A DNA stretch of 24,000 bases from Trichormus sp. ATA11-4-KO1. Lineage in GTDB: Bacteria; Cyanobacteriota; Cyanobacteriia; Cyanobacteriales; Nostocaceae. Shown in pieces: positions 17,031-24,000 of this stretch. How positions within the stretch are numbered: the first letter of the stretch is position 1; every line of letters starts with the position of its first letter. Both the position numbers and the translations under genes were made by a program. Location of the stretch: the NCBI GenBank assembly GCA_019358915.1, contig JAHHIM010000003.1, forward strand, positions 5,007-29,006, written 5' to 3'. The notes beneath the pieces were generated by a model. The model made no database searches and had not been told where the DNA came from. It saw only the letters and a program-made list of their open reading frames with translations.

Positions 17031-17050
17031 GAACTTGCTTAACCATCAAT

Positions 17051-20000
17051 TTAAACTTGATTAATAGGGGAAATCGGGATTTCAATCCAAAATTCTGTGC
17101 CTGAACCTGGTTGAGAATTACATTGAAAAATACCGTGGTGCTTCTCCACTACAATTTGGTAACTAATTGATAACCCTAAACCAGTACCTTTGCCTACAGG
17201 TTTGGTAGTGAAAAATGGGTCAAAAACTCTTTTCCTGACAACTTCGGGGATACCACTTCCATTGTCGGCAATGCGAATAATAACACTTTTAACTTTGTTG
17301 TTCAGTTCACCAATACTAGTATGAATGGTAATTTGATGAACATGAGTTGCTGATTGCGACTCCCTTTTATTTTCTATCGCATCGATCGCATTGCTTAAAA
17401 CATTCATAAATACTTGATTCATTTGTCCGGCATAGCACTCTACCAATGGTAAATCAGCGTATTCTTTGACTACGTAAATACCGGGATTGTCTGATTGTGC
17501 CTTCAAACGATGCTGTAAAATCAGCAAGGTACTATCAATGCCTTCGTGAATATTCACAGCTTTCATTTCCGCTTCATCCAGACGCGAGAAATTCCGTAAA
17601 GACATCACAATCTGCCGGATGCGATCAACCCCAATCTTCATAGAAGATAAAGTCTTGGGCAAATCTTCGGCCACAAATTCTAAGTCCATCTCTTCCGCCC
17701 GCTCAATAATCTCCAGACTTGGACTAGGACAATGCTGCTGATAAAGAGCTACCATACTTGCTAAATCTTCAGCATATTCACTTACATGAGCTAGGTTACC
17801 ATAGATAAAATTCACTGGGTTGTTGATTTCGTGAGCAACACCTGCAACCAGTTGACCCAAACTAGACATTTTCTCAGTCTGGATCAGTTGGGTTTGAGTT
17901 TGTTGTAAATTTTGCATAGCTTGTACTAGCTGATCTGCCTGTTCCTTGCTCTGCTTTAGCAGTTCAGCTTGTTGCAGTGCTACCCCCAACTGATTAGCAA
18001 TTTGAGCAATGAACTTAATTTCTGAGGCTTCCCAGTAGCGGGGTGTAGAGTTTTGATAAGCCGCCAACAAACCCCAAAGTTTTTGCCCAATAAAAATTGG
18101 CGCGATCGCATAAGCTTTTACTTGACATTTCTCCAGAAATGCAACATGACATTGAGAGTGACCAGCCTGATATATATCATTTACGGCAAAGGTTTGATTG
18201 TGGCGATATCTTCCGCCTTGAGTTTCCTGTAAATAAGAATCTTGCCAAACTGTATTAACCTCTAAACCTACCAATTTCACCCAGCCCTCAACGACAAACT
18301 CAGCGACAAACTCACCACTCCAATCGGGGTGAAAGCGGTAAACAGCCACGCGATCTGCTTGCAGAGATTTACAAATTTCCTGAGTAGTAGTTTGAAAAAT
18401 AGCATTTAAATCTAGAGATTCCCTAATTTTTGCCACAACTTCAAACAATACCCGTTGTCGTTCTGCCGACTGGCGCAAATTTAATGCCTGTTGCTGTGTT
18501 TGTGCAAGTAGTTCAGCTTGTTGGAGTGCTACCCCAAGTTGGGCTGCAACTTGACTGAGGAAGTTAACTTCAGAGGTTTGCCATTGGCGGCTACCAGAGT
18601 GTTGATAAGTTGCTAGCAAGCCCCAAAGTCTCTGCCCTACAAAAATAGGAGCAAGCACAAAAGCATGAATATGAAACTCTTCGAGATTCTCGATATGACA
18701 CTGTGTGAACCCCATTTTGTAGATGTCATCCACTGCAAATGTTTCGTTGTAGCGGTAGCGTCCTCCTTCTGAATCTTGTAGGTAAGTGTCATTCCAAACC
18801 AAATTAATTCCTAGTTTGGACTCACTTAACCAATATGGACTTGCAGCCTCAAAATCGCCGACAAATTCACCACCCCAATCAGCACTGAAGCGATAAATAG
18901 AAACCCGATCAGCTTTGATTAATTGACAAACTTCTTTGGTGGTGATTTGAAAAATGGTATTCGTGTCCAAAGATTCCCGAATTTTGGCAATCACTCCAAA
19001 TACGGCTTGTTGTTGTTCAGATGTCCGTTGCAGTTCAAGTGTGCGTTTTTTCACTTGATGTTCTAAGTTGGCATTAAAGGCCTGTACCTGTTGGTATAGT
19101 TCATATTGTTGAATGGCCGATGCAAAATGGTTGCCGATTTCTCTAGCCAGTTCAATCTCTGCAACTGTCCATTTTTGAGCTTGTGCTTTTTTAGATTCCC
19201 GCCACACCTCAAACGATAAACGGGGATATACTTGCCTTTGGTCGAGGTCAAATTGACCAGCCCACAAAGTTTCTGTATCTATTTCGTTGCGGAAAATACT
19301 TAAATAGCCCACTAATTGCTGACGGTACTGGAGTGGGATCATCAAGATGCTGCGAATTTTAGTTGCTTGGAAGGCAGCTTGTAAACTTCGCATTCCTGGA
19401 GTTTGATATATATCGGAAATTGCCCAAACATCTTCACTAGATTTGTAATGTTCCTGCCAGACATTGTATTGTTCCATCAGTGGATATATGTTTTGTGCTG
19501 GCATTACAGGCTGCTGTCCGCAGGTATAAACCTGGATACAATCGCTCCCTGGTATCAAACATTCTGTTAAGCTTGTAACTTTGCCGTGATGGTAATCAAA
19601 AGCTTCATTTCTGATGCAAAGCCTGCCACCACAACCATCAAAGGCAGCAACAGCTGCTTCTAAAGCTGGCTGTAAGACAATTGTTGGCAGTGAATGCAGT
19701 AAAGCAGAAATACGGTTAATAATAGTTTCTCGTTTTGCTTGTTCACGAGCTTGAGTTAACAGGGTACTTTGCGCGATCGCGATCGACAGTTGATCTACTA
19801 CCATCTGCACCGCTTCTAATTCATATTCTGAAATCTCACGTGATTCAGAATTGTGAGATACTAACAAACCCCAAAGTTTATCTTGATATAAGATAGGCGC
19901 TACTAAAGAAGATTTAACCCCCATTGCCGTTAAGTATTCTACATGGCACGGATCTACAGGACGATAGCGGATATCCTCTGATAAAATCTCTCCATTTTCC

Positions 20001-20359
20001 AACTCGTGTAGGGGACTTTGACCAATCTGCTGCGTTTCCACATTGACAACAGAGCGCACCCTTGATTTAATAAACAATTCACGGGCGTAGGGTGGAATGT
20101 CATCAGCCGGAAAGTTTAGCCCCAGCAATGATGGTAATCGGTTCTCATGAATCGACTCACCTATAACTTGACCACTACCATCGGCATGAAATTGATAAAT
20201 CATTACTCGGTCAGTTCCTAATAATGAACAGACTTCTGCCGTCGTTGCTGTGATAATTTCTTCTAGTTCTAATGTTTGACGGATACGATTTGTAATGCGG
20301 CGCAATACACTTTCTTGGTTAATACTTTCCCGCAAATTTGGTTTAGCGATCGGTGACAT
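17051..20359 (-). CDS. Bilin photoreceptor histidine kinase: Cph2-type knotless phytochrome (GAF-PHY), two cyanobacteriochrome GAF domains, then HisKA-HATPase
   Basis: 1102 aa. GAF1 (aa 20-200) has [22 protein letters not shown] and DPC138H. The PHY-like domain (aa 210-425) has W366AG and P379RLSF. CBCR GAFs at aa 450-618 and 636-802 each carry DRVxxYRF, WxDxYLQxxxGGRYR and DIYxxGxxQCH (C554, C737). The H-box is VAH843EINNPVNF. The ATPase has DNGSGIP and [11 protein letters not shown]. Confidence 0.9.
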   Translation of the reverse strand: MSPIAKPNLRESINQESVLRRITNRIRQTLELEEIITATTAEVCSLLGTDRVMIYQFHADGSGQVIGESIHENRLPSLLGLNFPADDIPPYARELFIKSRVRSVVNVETQQIGQSPLHELENGEILSEDIRYRPVDPCHVEYLTAMGVKSSLVAPILYQDKLWGLLVSHNSESREISEYELEAVQMVVDQLSIAIAQSTLLTQAREQAKRETIINRISALLHSLPTIVLQPALEAAVAAFDGCGGRLCIRNEAFDYHHGKVTSLTECLIPGSDCIQVYTCGQQPVMPAQNIYPLMEQYNVWQEHYKSSEDVWAISDIYQTPGMRSLQAAFQATKIRSILMIPLQYRQQLVGYLSIFRNEIDTETLWAGQFDLDQRQVYPRLSFEVWRESKKAQAQKWTVAEIELAREIGNHFASAIQQYELYQQVQAFNANLEHQVKKRTLELQRTSEQQQAVFGVIAKIRESLDTNTIFQITTKEVCQLIKADRVSIYRFSADWGGEFVGDFEAASPYWLSESKLGINLVWNDTYLQDSEGGRYRYNETFAVDDIYKMGFTQCHIENLEEFHIHAFVLAPIFVGQRLWGLLATYQHSGSRQWQTSEVNFLSQVAAQLGVALQQAELLAQTQQQALNLRQSAERQRVLFEVVAKIRESLDLNAIFQTTTQEICKSLQADRVAVYRFHPDWSGEFVAEFVVEGWVKLVGLEVNTVWQDSYLQETQGGRYRHNQTFAVNDIYQAGHSQCHVAFLEKCQVKAYAIAPIFIGQKLWGLLAAYQNSTPRYWEASEIKFIAQIANQLGVALQQAELLKQSKEQADQLVQAMQNLQQTQTQLIQTEKMSSLGQLVAGVAHEINNPVNFIYGNLAHVSEYAEDLASMVALYQQHCPSPSLEIIERAEEMDLEFVAEDLPKTLSSMKIGVDRIRQIVMSLRNFSRLDEAEMKAVNIHEGIDSTLLILQHRLKAQSDNPGIYVVKEYADLPLVECYAGQMNQVFMNVLSNAIDAIENKRESQSATHVHQITIHTSIGELNNKVKSVIIRIADNGSGIPEVVRKRVFDPFFTTKPVGKGTGLGLSISYQIVVEKHHGIFQCNSQPGSGTEFWIEIPISPINQV

Positions 20360-20607
20360 TGCTGTTAATTAAATAAGTTTCCAAAAAATTAATAATGAGA
20401 CAACCATAAAGCTAAAAACATTCTGGAATTTATTTAATAGCTTTGTCCACAGTGTAACTACGGGCAAAATAGTTATAATAAGATTTATTTTTTAATAAAA
20501 GCTTACATTTTAAAGTAAAAAATAAGTTATTGCTAAGAGAAAGTATTTTTTTGATAAATTCTTGTCTAAAATATAAAAACCCAATTGACACATCAGGAGA
20601 TAATTAA

Positions 20608-20653
20608 AGTCAAAAGTAGAGATTTTCTGCTTACCTAGTCTCCACTTTTGACT
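20608..20653 (-). terminator. Stem-loop downstream of the ArsA-like gene (candidate terminator)
   Basis: AGTCAAAAGTAGAGA (20608-20622) pairs with TCTCCACTTTTGACT (20639-20653), 15 bp with one mismatch. It lies 30 nt after the minus-strand stop at 20683 and is followed on the minus strand by TTTAATTA. Confidence 0.45.
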
Positions 20654-20682
20654 ATTTATTTGTGTGGAACCTATCAGCAAAA

Positions 20683-21870
20683 TTAAACTTTTACATTGTC
20701 AGTAAAGCGAATTTTTAGATAGTCTTCTTCCATCTTTGCTCCCCCTGGTTGTAGTGCTGCCAATGCTTGTGGCAATACTAAATTACGGCGATGGTTGCCA
20801 ATAGTGATATTTAATTCGTCACCAGTTTTACTCAGTTGAATTTGGTTTTTGGGAATTCCAGGTAAGTAAATTTCCAAACTATATTGGTTTTGCACTTGTA
20901 CAACTCTCATAGTTGTTTCTTTGTAATATACCTGAGTTGGATCTTCATCTTTGTAGAGAGTTTCTTTCAGACGTTCTAAGGCGGCTAAACCGCACATCTC
21001 CTCAGAAAAAAGTGGCACTTCTTTTACAGGCAGAGGCAGAAAGTTGTCATGTATTTCTTGCCGATATTGCTGCTGGCTTTCCTTCCACCGTTGGAAAAAG
21101 GGGTCTTGTACTTCTTGGGGAATAATGCGATTAGCTATCACTAAGTCTGTTGCCACATTATATAAACTCAGATAAGCATGGGCGCGGAGAGATTCTTTAA
21201 TCACCATCTTTTCCGGATTGGTGACGAGGCGCACTGAGGTTTGAGTATTGTCAGTTAATACTTTTTCCAGAGCTTCAATTTGTTCATAAAACTCGTAAGG
21301 TGCATCCATCACCTCTTTATCTGGTAGAGAAAAACCGGCAATTGGTTTAAAAAAAGGTTCAACCAAAGGTCGAAGTGCTACCGAAATATTTTGAAATGGC
21401 TTGTAAAAACGCCGCATGTACCAGCCACCGACTTCTGGTAAACTCAACAGACGTAATGCTGTACCGGTAGGAGCCGAGTCGATAATCAAAACATCAAATT
21501 CGCCTTCGTCGTAGTGGCGTTTCATTCTTACCAAGCCAAAAATTTCATCCATGCCTGGTAAGATGGCTAATTCTTCTGCTTGAACTCCTTCTAACCCCCT
21601 TGCTTGTAAAACTTGGGTGATGTAACGCTTCACAGCACCCCAATTTCCCTCTAGTTCTTGCAGCGCATCGAGTTCTGCACCCCACAAATTGGAGCGAATT
21701 TCTTGCGGTGCGTGTCCCATTTCTAAGTCAAAACTGTCTGCCAAAGAGTGAGCGGGGTCTGTACTTAAAACAAGTGTGCGGTACCCTAGTTCCGCACAAC
21801 GAAGTCCAGTGGCGGCAGCAACGGAGGTTTTGCCTACCCCGCCTTTGCCTGTCATTAAAATTACACGCAT
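20683..21870 (-). CDS. ArsA/Get3-family P-loop ATPase with a C-terminal HSP20-like domain
   Basis: 395 aa. [47 protein letters not shown] is the deviant Walker A plus the ArsA signature, and the switch region is [15 protein letters not shown]. The C-terminal ~75 aa ([38 protein letters not shown]) look like an alpha-crystallin/HSP20-type beta sandwich. Confidence 0.88.
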   Translation of the reverse strand: MRVILMTGKGGVGKTSVAAATGLRCAELGYRTLVLSTDPAHSLADSFDLEMGHAPQEIRSNLWGAELDALQELEGNWGAVKRYITQVLQARGLEGVQAEELAILPGMDEIFGLVRMKRHYDEGEFDVLIIDSAPTGTALRLLSLPEVGGWYMRRFYKPFQNISVALRPLVEPFFKPIAGFSLPDKEVMDAPYEFYEQIEALEKVLTDNTQTSVRLVTNPEKMVIKESLRAHAYLSLYNVATDLVIANRIIPQEVQDPFFQRWKESQQQYRQEIHDNFLPLPVKEVPLFSEEMCGLAALERLKETLYKDEDPTQVYYKETTMRVVQVQNQYSLEIYLPGIPKNQIQLSKTGDELNITIGNHRRNLVLPQALAALQPGGAKMEEDYLKIRFTDNVKV

Positions 21871-22190
21871 GGATGATTACGTCCTGTCTCAGGATTATTT
21901 ACATTTATTTACATTATCAACTGTTTAAAGAAAATAAATGCTGTTTTAGCACATCTAGTGGACTGATAGGACTAAATTGATGCATGATGATTGTCTTGTG
22001 GGGTCAGACTTGGTTTCATTACTTGACGTACAGCCTGGCGGCATCCAGAGGCTCTATTATCAATTACGAATTATGTTGACTCCAATGGCATTTTGCCTAC
22101 CCCACAAGAATTATGTGCAACTTAGATGTGCAAACAAAATATAAATTAGCTCATATCCCTTGCTAGGCAAGAAAGACAGCCGCCTCTCAT

Positions 22191-22229
22191 AAAAAAGCCC
22201 CTATTGCCTTGTACAAGGCATTATAGGGG
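22191..22229 (-). terminator. Orphan rho-independent terminator oriented on the minus strand, upstream of the plus-strand M23 gene
   Basis: CCCCTAT+TGCCTTGT (22198-22212) pairs with ACAAGGCA+(tt)+ATAGGGG (22213-22229). The inner 16 nt TGCCTTGTACAAGGCA form a perfect palindrome. The A6 run at 22191-22196 becomes a U-tract only on the minus strand. No supported minus-strand gene ends here. Confidence 0.5.
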
Positions 22230-22277
22230 AAGTTGCTACGGTGCAAATTTTATAAATTACTAGAGTGAATCAACAGC

Positions 22278-23465
22278 ATGAAATCGCTATCTGTCTCAAA
22301 AGCAAAATTTTTTTGGCTATATTTTGCATGTTGTTGTTTTTTGTGCATTACTACTTTGGTATGGCTGCCAGTATCTGCAATTACTGCACCATCAATTGAT
22401 ACCTTGAGGCAACAGCAGCAACAAATTAACCAAGAGCGTGAAAATGCCATTCAGCAGCGCGATCGCTTGACTAATTTACAAAAAGCAGCACAGCAACGCC
22501 TGACTGGAATCAACCAAAATCTACAAACTACAAACACCCAGATTCAAGACAGTGAACTTCGATTACGCCTTGCTACCGAACGCCTACAACAGTTGGAAGC
22601 TGACTTAACTGTAGCGGAAAATTCCTATGAAGCACGGCGAATCGCCACAGTAGCCAGATTGCAATATCTTCAGCGATCATCTGCTTCTCAAGGATGGGCA
22701 GTTTTACTCCAAAGCCAAAATATCAGTGACTTTATCAGCCGCCGTCATCAATTAAAGTTAGTATATCAAGCCGACCAAAAGATTTTGGCAAAACTCAACA
22801 CCCAAGCGAATCAAATCAATCAACAAAAAACAGATGTAGAACAGCAAAAAAACGAAATTGCTTTAATTCGTCAAGAACTGCTAGCACAAAAAGCCGACTA
22901 TCAAATTCAAGCGCAGTCACAGTCAGAATTGATTACACGTTTAAATAGCGATCGCTTAGCTTTGGAAGCCGCACAAAACCAGCTAGATAAAGATTCCCAA
23001 AATTTAGAAGTTTTAATTCAACAAAAAGTAGCAGCAGCGCAAGCCAAAGCCAACAGCCAGACAAACATTTTGCTGCGGGGAACGGGGATACTAGCTTTTC
23101 CCAGCGATGCTCGCACTAGCAGCGCCTTTGGTTGGCGCACACATCCCATCTTAGGGTATCGCCGCTTTCATTCAGGCTTAGATTTTGCTGCTAGTTATGG
23201 CAGTAGAATTAGGGCAGCCGATTCCGGAACCGTAATTTTTGCCGGGTGGTACGGTGGTTATGGCAGAACCGTAATTATTAACCACGGTAAAAGCATGACT
23301 ACCTTGTACGCCCACGCCAGCGAATTGTATGTTACTGAAGGACAATCTGTAGAAAGAGGACAAGCGATCGCATCTGTAGGTTCTACAGGTTTATCTACAG
23401 GGCCACATCTGCATTTTGAAGTACGTCGCAACGGTACACCCGTAAACCCTGCTGACTTTTTATAA
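22278..23465 (+). CDS. Peptidoglycan DD-metalloendopeptidase, M23 family, with a long N-terminal coiled coil (EnvC-like architecture)
   Basis: 395 aa. It has a signal peptide (KFFWLYFACCCFLCITTLVWLPVSA|IT) and a Q/L-rich heptad region of about 230 aa. The C-terminal M23 domain has intact zinc/catalytic motifs HSGLD, YAHASEL and GPHLHFEV. Confidence 0.9.
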   Translation: MKSLSVSKAKFFWLYFACCCFLCITTLVWLPVSAITAPSIDTLRQQQQQINQERENAIQQRDRLTNLQKAAQQRLTGINQNLQTTNTQIQDSELRLRLATERLQQLEADLTVAENSYEARRIATVARLQYLQRSSASQGWAVLLQSQNISDFISRRHQLKLVYQADQKILAKLNTQANQINQQKTDVEQQKNEIALIRQELLAQKADYQIQAQSQSELITRLNSDRLALEAAQNQLDKDSQNLEVLIQQKVAAAQAKANSQTNILLRGTGILAFPSDARTSSAFGWRTHPILGYRRFHSGLDFAASYGSRIRAADSGTVIFAGWYGGYGRTVIINHGKSMTTLYAHASELYVTEGQSVERGQAIASVGSTGLSTGPHLHFEVRRNGTPVNPADFL

Positions 23466-23469
23466 AACG

Positions 23470-23478
23470 TGCTATAAT
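23470..23478 (+). promoter_or_regulatory. Extended -10 promoter element (TGcTATAAT) for the tRNA gene
   Basis: tgcTATAAT at 23470-23478 ends 12 nt before tRNA position 1 (23491). It is a perfect -10 hexamer with an upstream TGn. Only a weak -35 (CTGACT, 23452-23457) is present. Confidence 0.45.
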
Positions 23479-23490
23479 CGACCAGTACTA

Positions 23491-23563
23491 GGGCGCGTGG
23501 CTCAGTGGATAGAGCAACAGATTCCGGTTCTGTGGGTCGGGGGTTCAAATCCCTCCGCGCTCG
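23491..23563 (+). tRNA. tRNA-Arg (anticodon CCG)
   Basis: I folded the 73-nt sequence manually into a cloverleaf. The acceptor stem is GGGCGCG/CGCGCTC (one G-U). The D arm is GCTC-AGTGGATA-GAGC. The anticodon arm is ACAGA-TTCCGGT-TCTGT, giving anticodon CCG. The variable loop is GGGTC, the T arm is GGGGG-TTCAAAT-CCCTC, and the discriminator is G. CCA is not encoded, and a T7 run follows. Confidence 0.9.
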
Positions 23564-23645
23564 TTTTTTTAATTAACTAATTATTTGACTGTAAGCATTT
23601 ACTGTGAGCAAGAATATACGGTTAGAAACAACGAAGTTCAGCAGC

Positions 23646-23981
23646 TCAACCTGCAATTAAATTCCAAAAGTAGCCATCCGGTGCAACAAAGGAAAAACTC
23701 TTTTCTCGAAACTCATTTTCGATGGTTTTGGTATACTTCTGCGCCAAGCTTGCCTTGATGCGATCGCCATATTCCTGTATGCTCCGCACGTGGTATGTAT
23801 AAAGTGACATACCCAAGCACCCTGGTTGCGATGCCTCAAACCGTGACTCTAAATTGATAGCTTCGGGAAAGCGAATTATATATAATCTGCCACTACGTGC
23901 AGCCATCAAGTCAGTCGCGGAGGAACGAGGGTCGTCAAAAGCAGTGACAATAAATTTTTCTCCTGGCTTGAGGTCAAACAT
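23646..23981 (-). CDS. Small VOC (glyoxalase/bleomycin-resistance/dioxygenase-like) family protein
   Basis: 111 aa. The C-terminal FSFVAPDGYFWNLI resembles the VOC-family DPDGxxxEL strand, and the overall beta-alpha-beta-beta-beta spacing is plausible. The reading frame stays open upstream to the window edge (24000), so the true start could lie outside the window. Confidence 0.5.
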   Translation of the reverse strand: MFDLKPGEKFIVTAFDDPRSSATDLMAARSGRLYIIRFPEAINLESRFEASQPGCLGMSLYTYHVRSIQEYGDRIKASLAQKYTKTIENEFREKSFSFVAPDGYFWNLIAG

Positions 23982-24000
23982 TTCTCGGCCTGCTGGTGAA

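Noticed and set aside
20443-20451. Isolated DnaA-box-like nonamer TTGTCCACA upstream of the photoreceptor kinase gene
   Set aside because: It is a single one-mismatch box with no cluster. It is expected by chance and is not comparable to the array at 15520-15759.
21995-22108. A 10-bp inverted repeat CTTGTGGGGT...ACCCCACAAG flanking 94 nt. The motifs AGACTTGG and CCCCACAAGA are shared with 10271-10334, which suggested a MITE or structured RNA.
   Set aside because: A back-of-envelope estimate shows several 10-bp inverted repeats within about 200 nt, and hundreds of shared 10-mers, are expected by chance in 24 kb. There is no target-site duplication and no convincing internal structure.
22250-22450. 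66-aa minus-strand ORF with a CCCCC run, ending 20 nt before the orphan terminator
   Set aside because: The poly-Cys run is simply the antisense reading of the poly-Gln (CAA/CAG) codons of the M23 coiled coil. The ORF lies entirely antisense to a well-supported signal peptide and coding start. I kept only the terminator as a finding.
23258-23548. 96-aa minus-strand ORF covering the end of the M23 gene and the tRNA
   Set aside because: It overlaps a canonical tRNA-Arg cloverleaf and the M23 catalytic domain, so it is an artefact.
2481-23839. Short ORF-track entries nested inside or antisense to well-supported genes: 2481-2831, 2911-3114, 3561-3746, 3695-3892, 4143-4352, 7458-7676, 9332-9577, 9603-9863, 11049-11231, 11276-11560, 12412-12594, 12443-12625, 12732-13034, 15009-15197, 16160-16393, 16441-16632, 19063-19251, 20913-21125, 21708-21980, 23178-23363, 23657-23839
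   Set aside because: Each overlaps a longer ORF that has clear family motifs. Their translations are low-complexity or Cys/Arg/Ser-rich, as is typical of wrong-frame reading. None has a recognisable domain or a ribosome-binding site.
1-24000. A search for CRISPR arrays, transposase or integrase genes, IS-type terminal inverted repeats, phage genes, toxin-antitoxin pairs or known defence-system genes
   Set aside because: None was found on either strand. All large ORFs have housekeeping, transport or signalling assignments, and the only regular repeats are HIP1 octamers and the DnaA boxes. I therefore do not claim a defence or mobile system in this window.

Overview
This window reads as a core chromosomal segment of a filamentous Nostoc/Anabaena-type cyanobacterium. 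The evidence is at least 23 perfect HIP1 octamers (GCGATCGC) counted by eye, TTTTCCACA-type DnaA boxes, and cyanobacteriochrome GAF domains. I support 19 protein genes, one tRNA-Arg(CCG) and the dnaN-linked replication origin. Left to right the genes are: a haem catalase (5' part only, minus strand); a 1-kb ORF-free AT-rich gap with two intrinsic terminators; a small secreted protein; a GPH/MelB-type symporter; a Gpt-like phosphoribosyltransferase; an AEC-family transporter; a VanY/M15 D,D-carboxypeptidase; a divergon of a TetR regulator against a secreted beta-propeller protein plus a cytochrome P460-family haem protein; exbB-exbD; alaS; an Atx1/CopZ-like metallochaperone; a pseudo-receiver GGDEF cyclase; oriC (DnaA-box cluster) plus dnaN; a 1102-aa histidine kinase with three bilin-binding domains (knotless phytochrome plus two cyanobacteriochrome GAFs); an ArsA/Get3-like ATPase; a coiled-coil M23 peptidase; tRNA-Arg; and a small VOC/glyoxalase-like protein. 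I see no CRISPR array, transposase, integrase, phage or recognisable defence genes. The most system-like candidate novelties are the TetR-gated beta-propeller/cytochrome P460 operon with a perfect 30-bp palindromic operator, and the multi-chromophore photoreceptor kinase. All family calls rest on motif recognition by eye. No database search, folding or statistics software was run.
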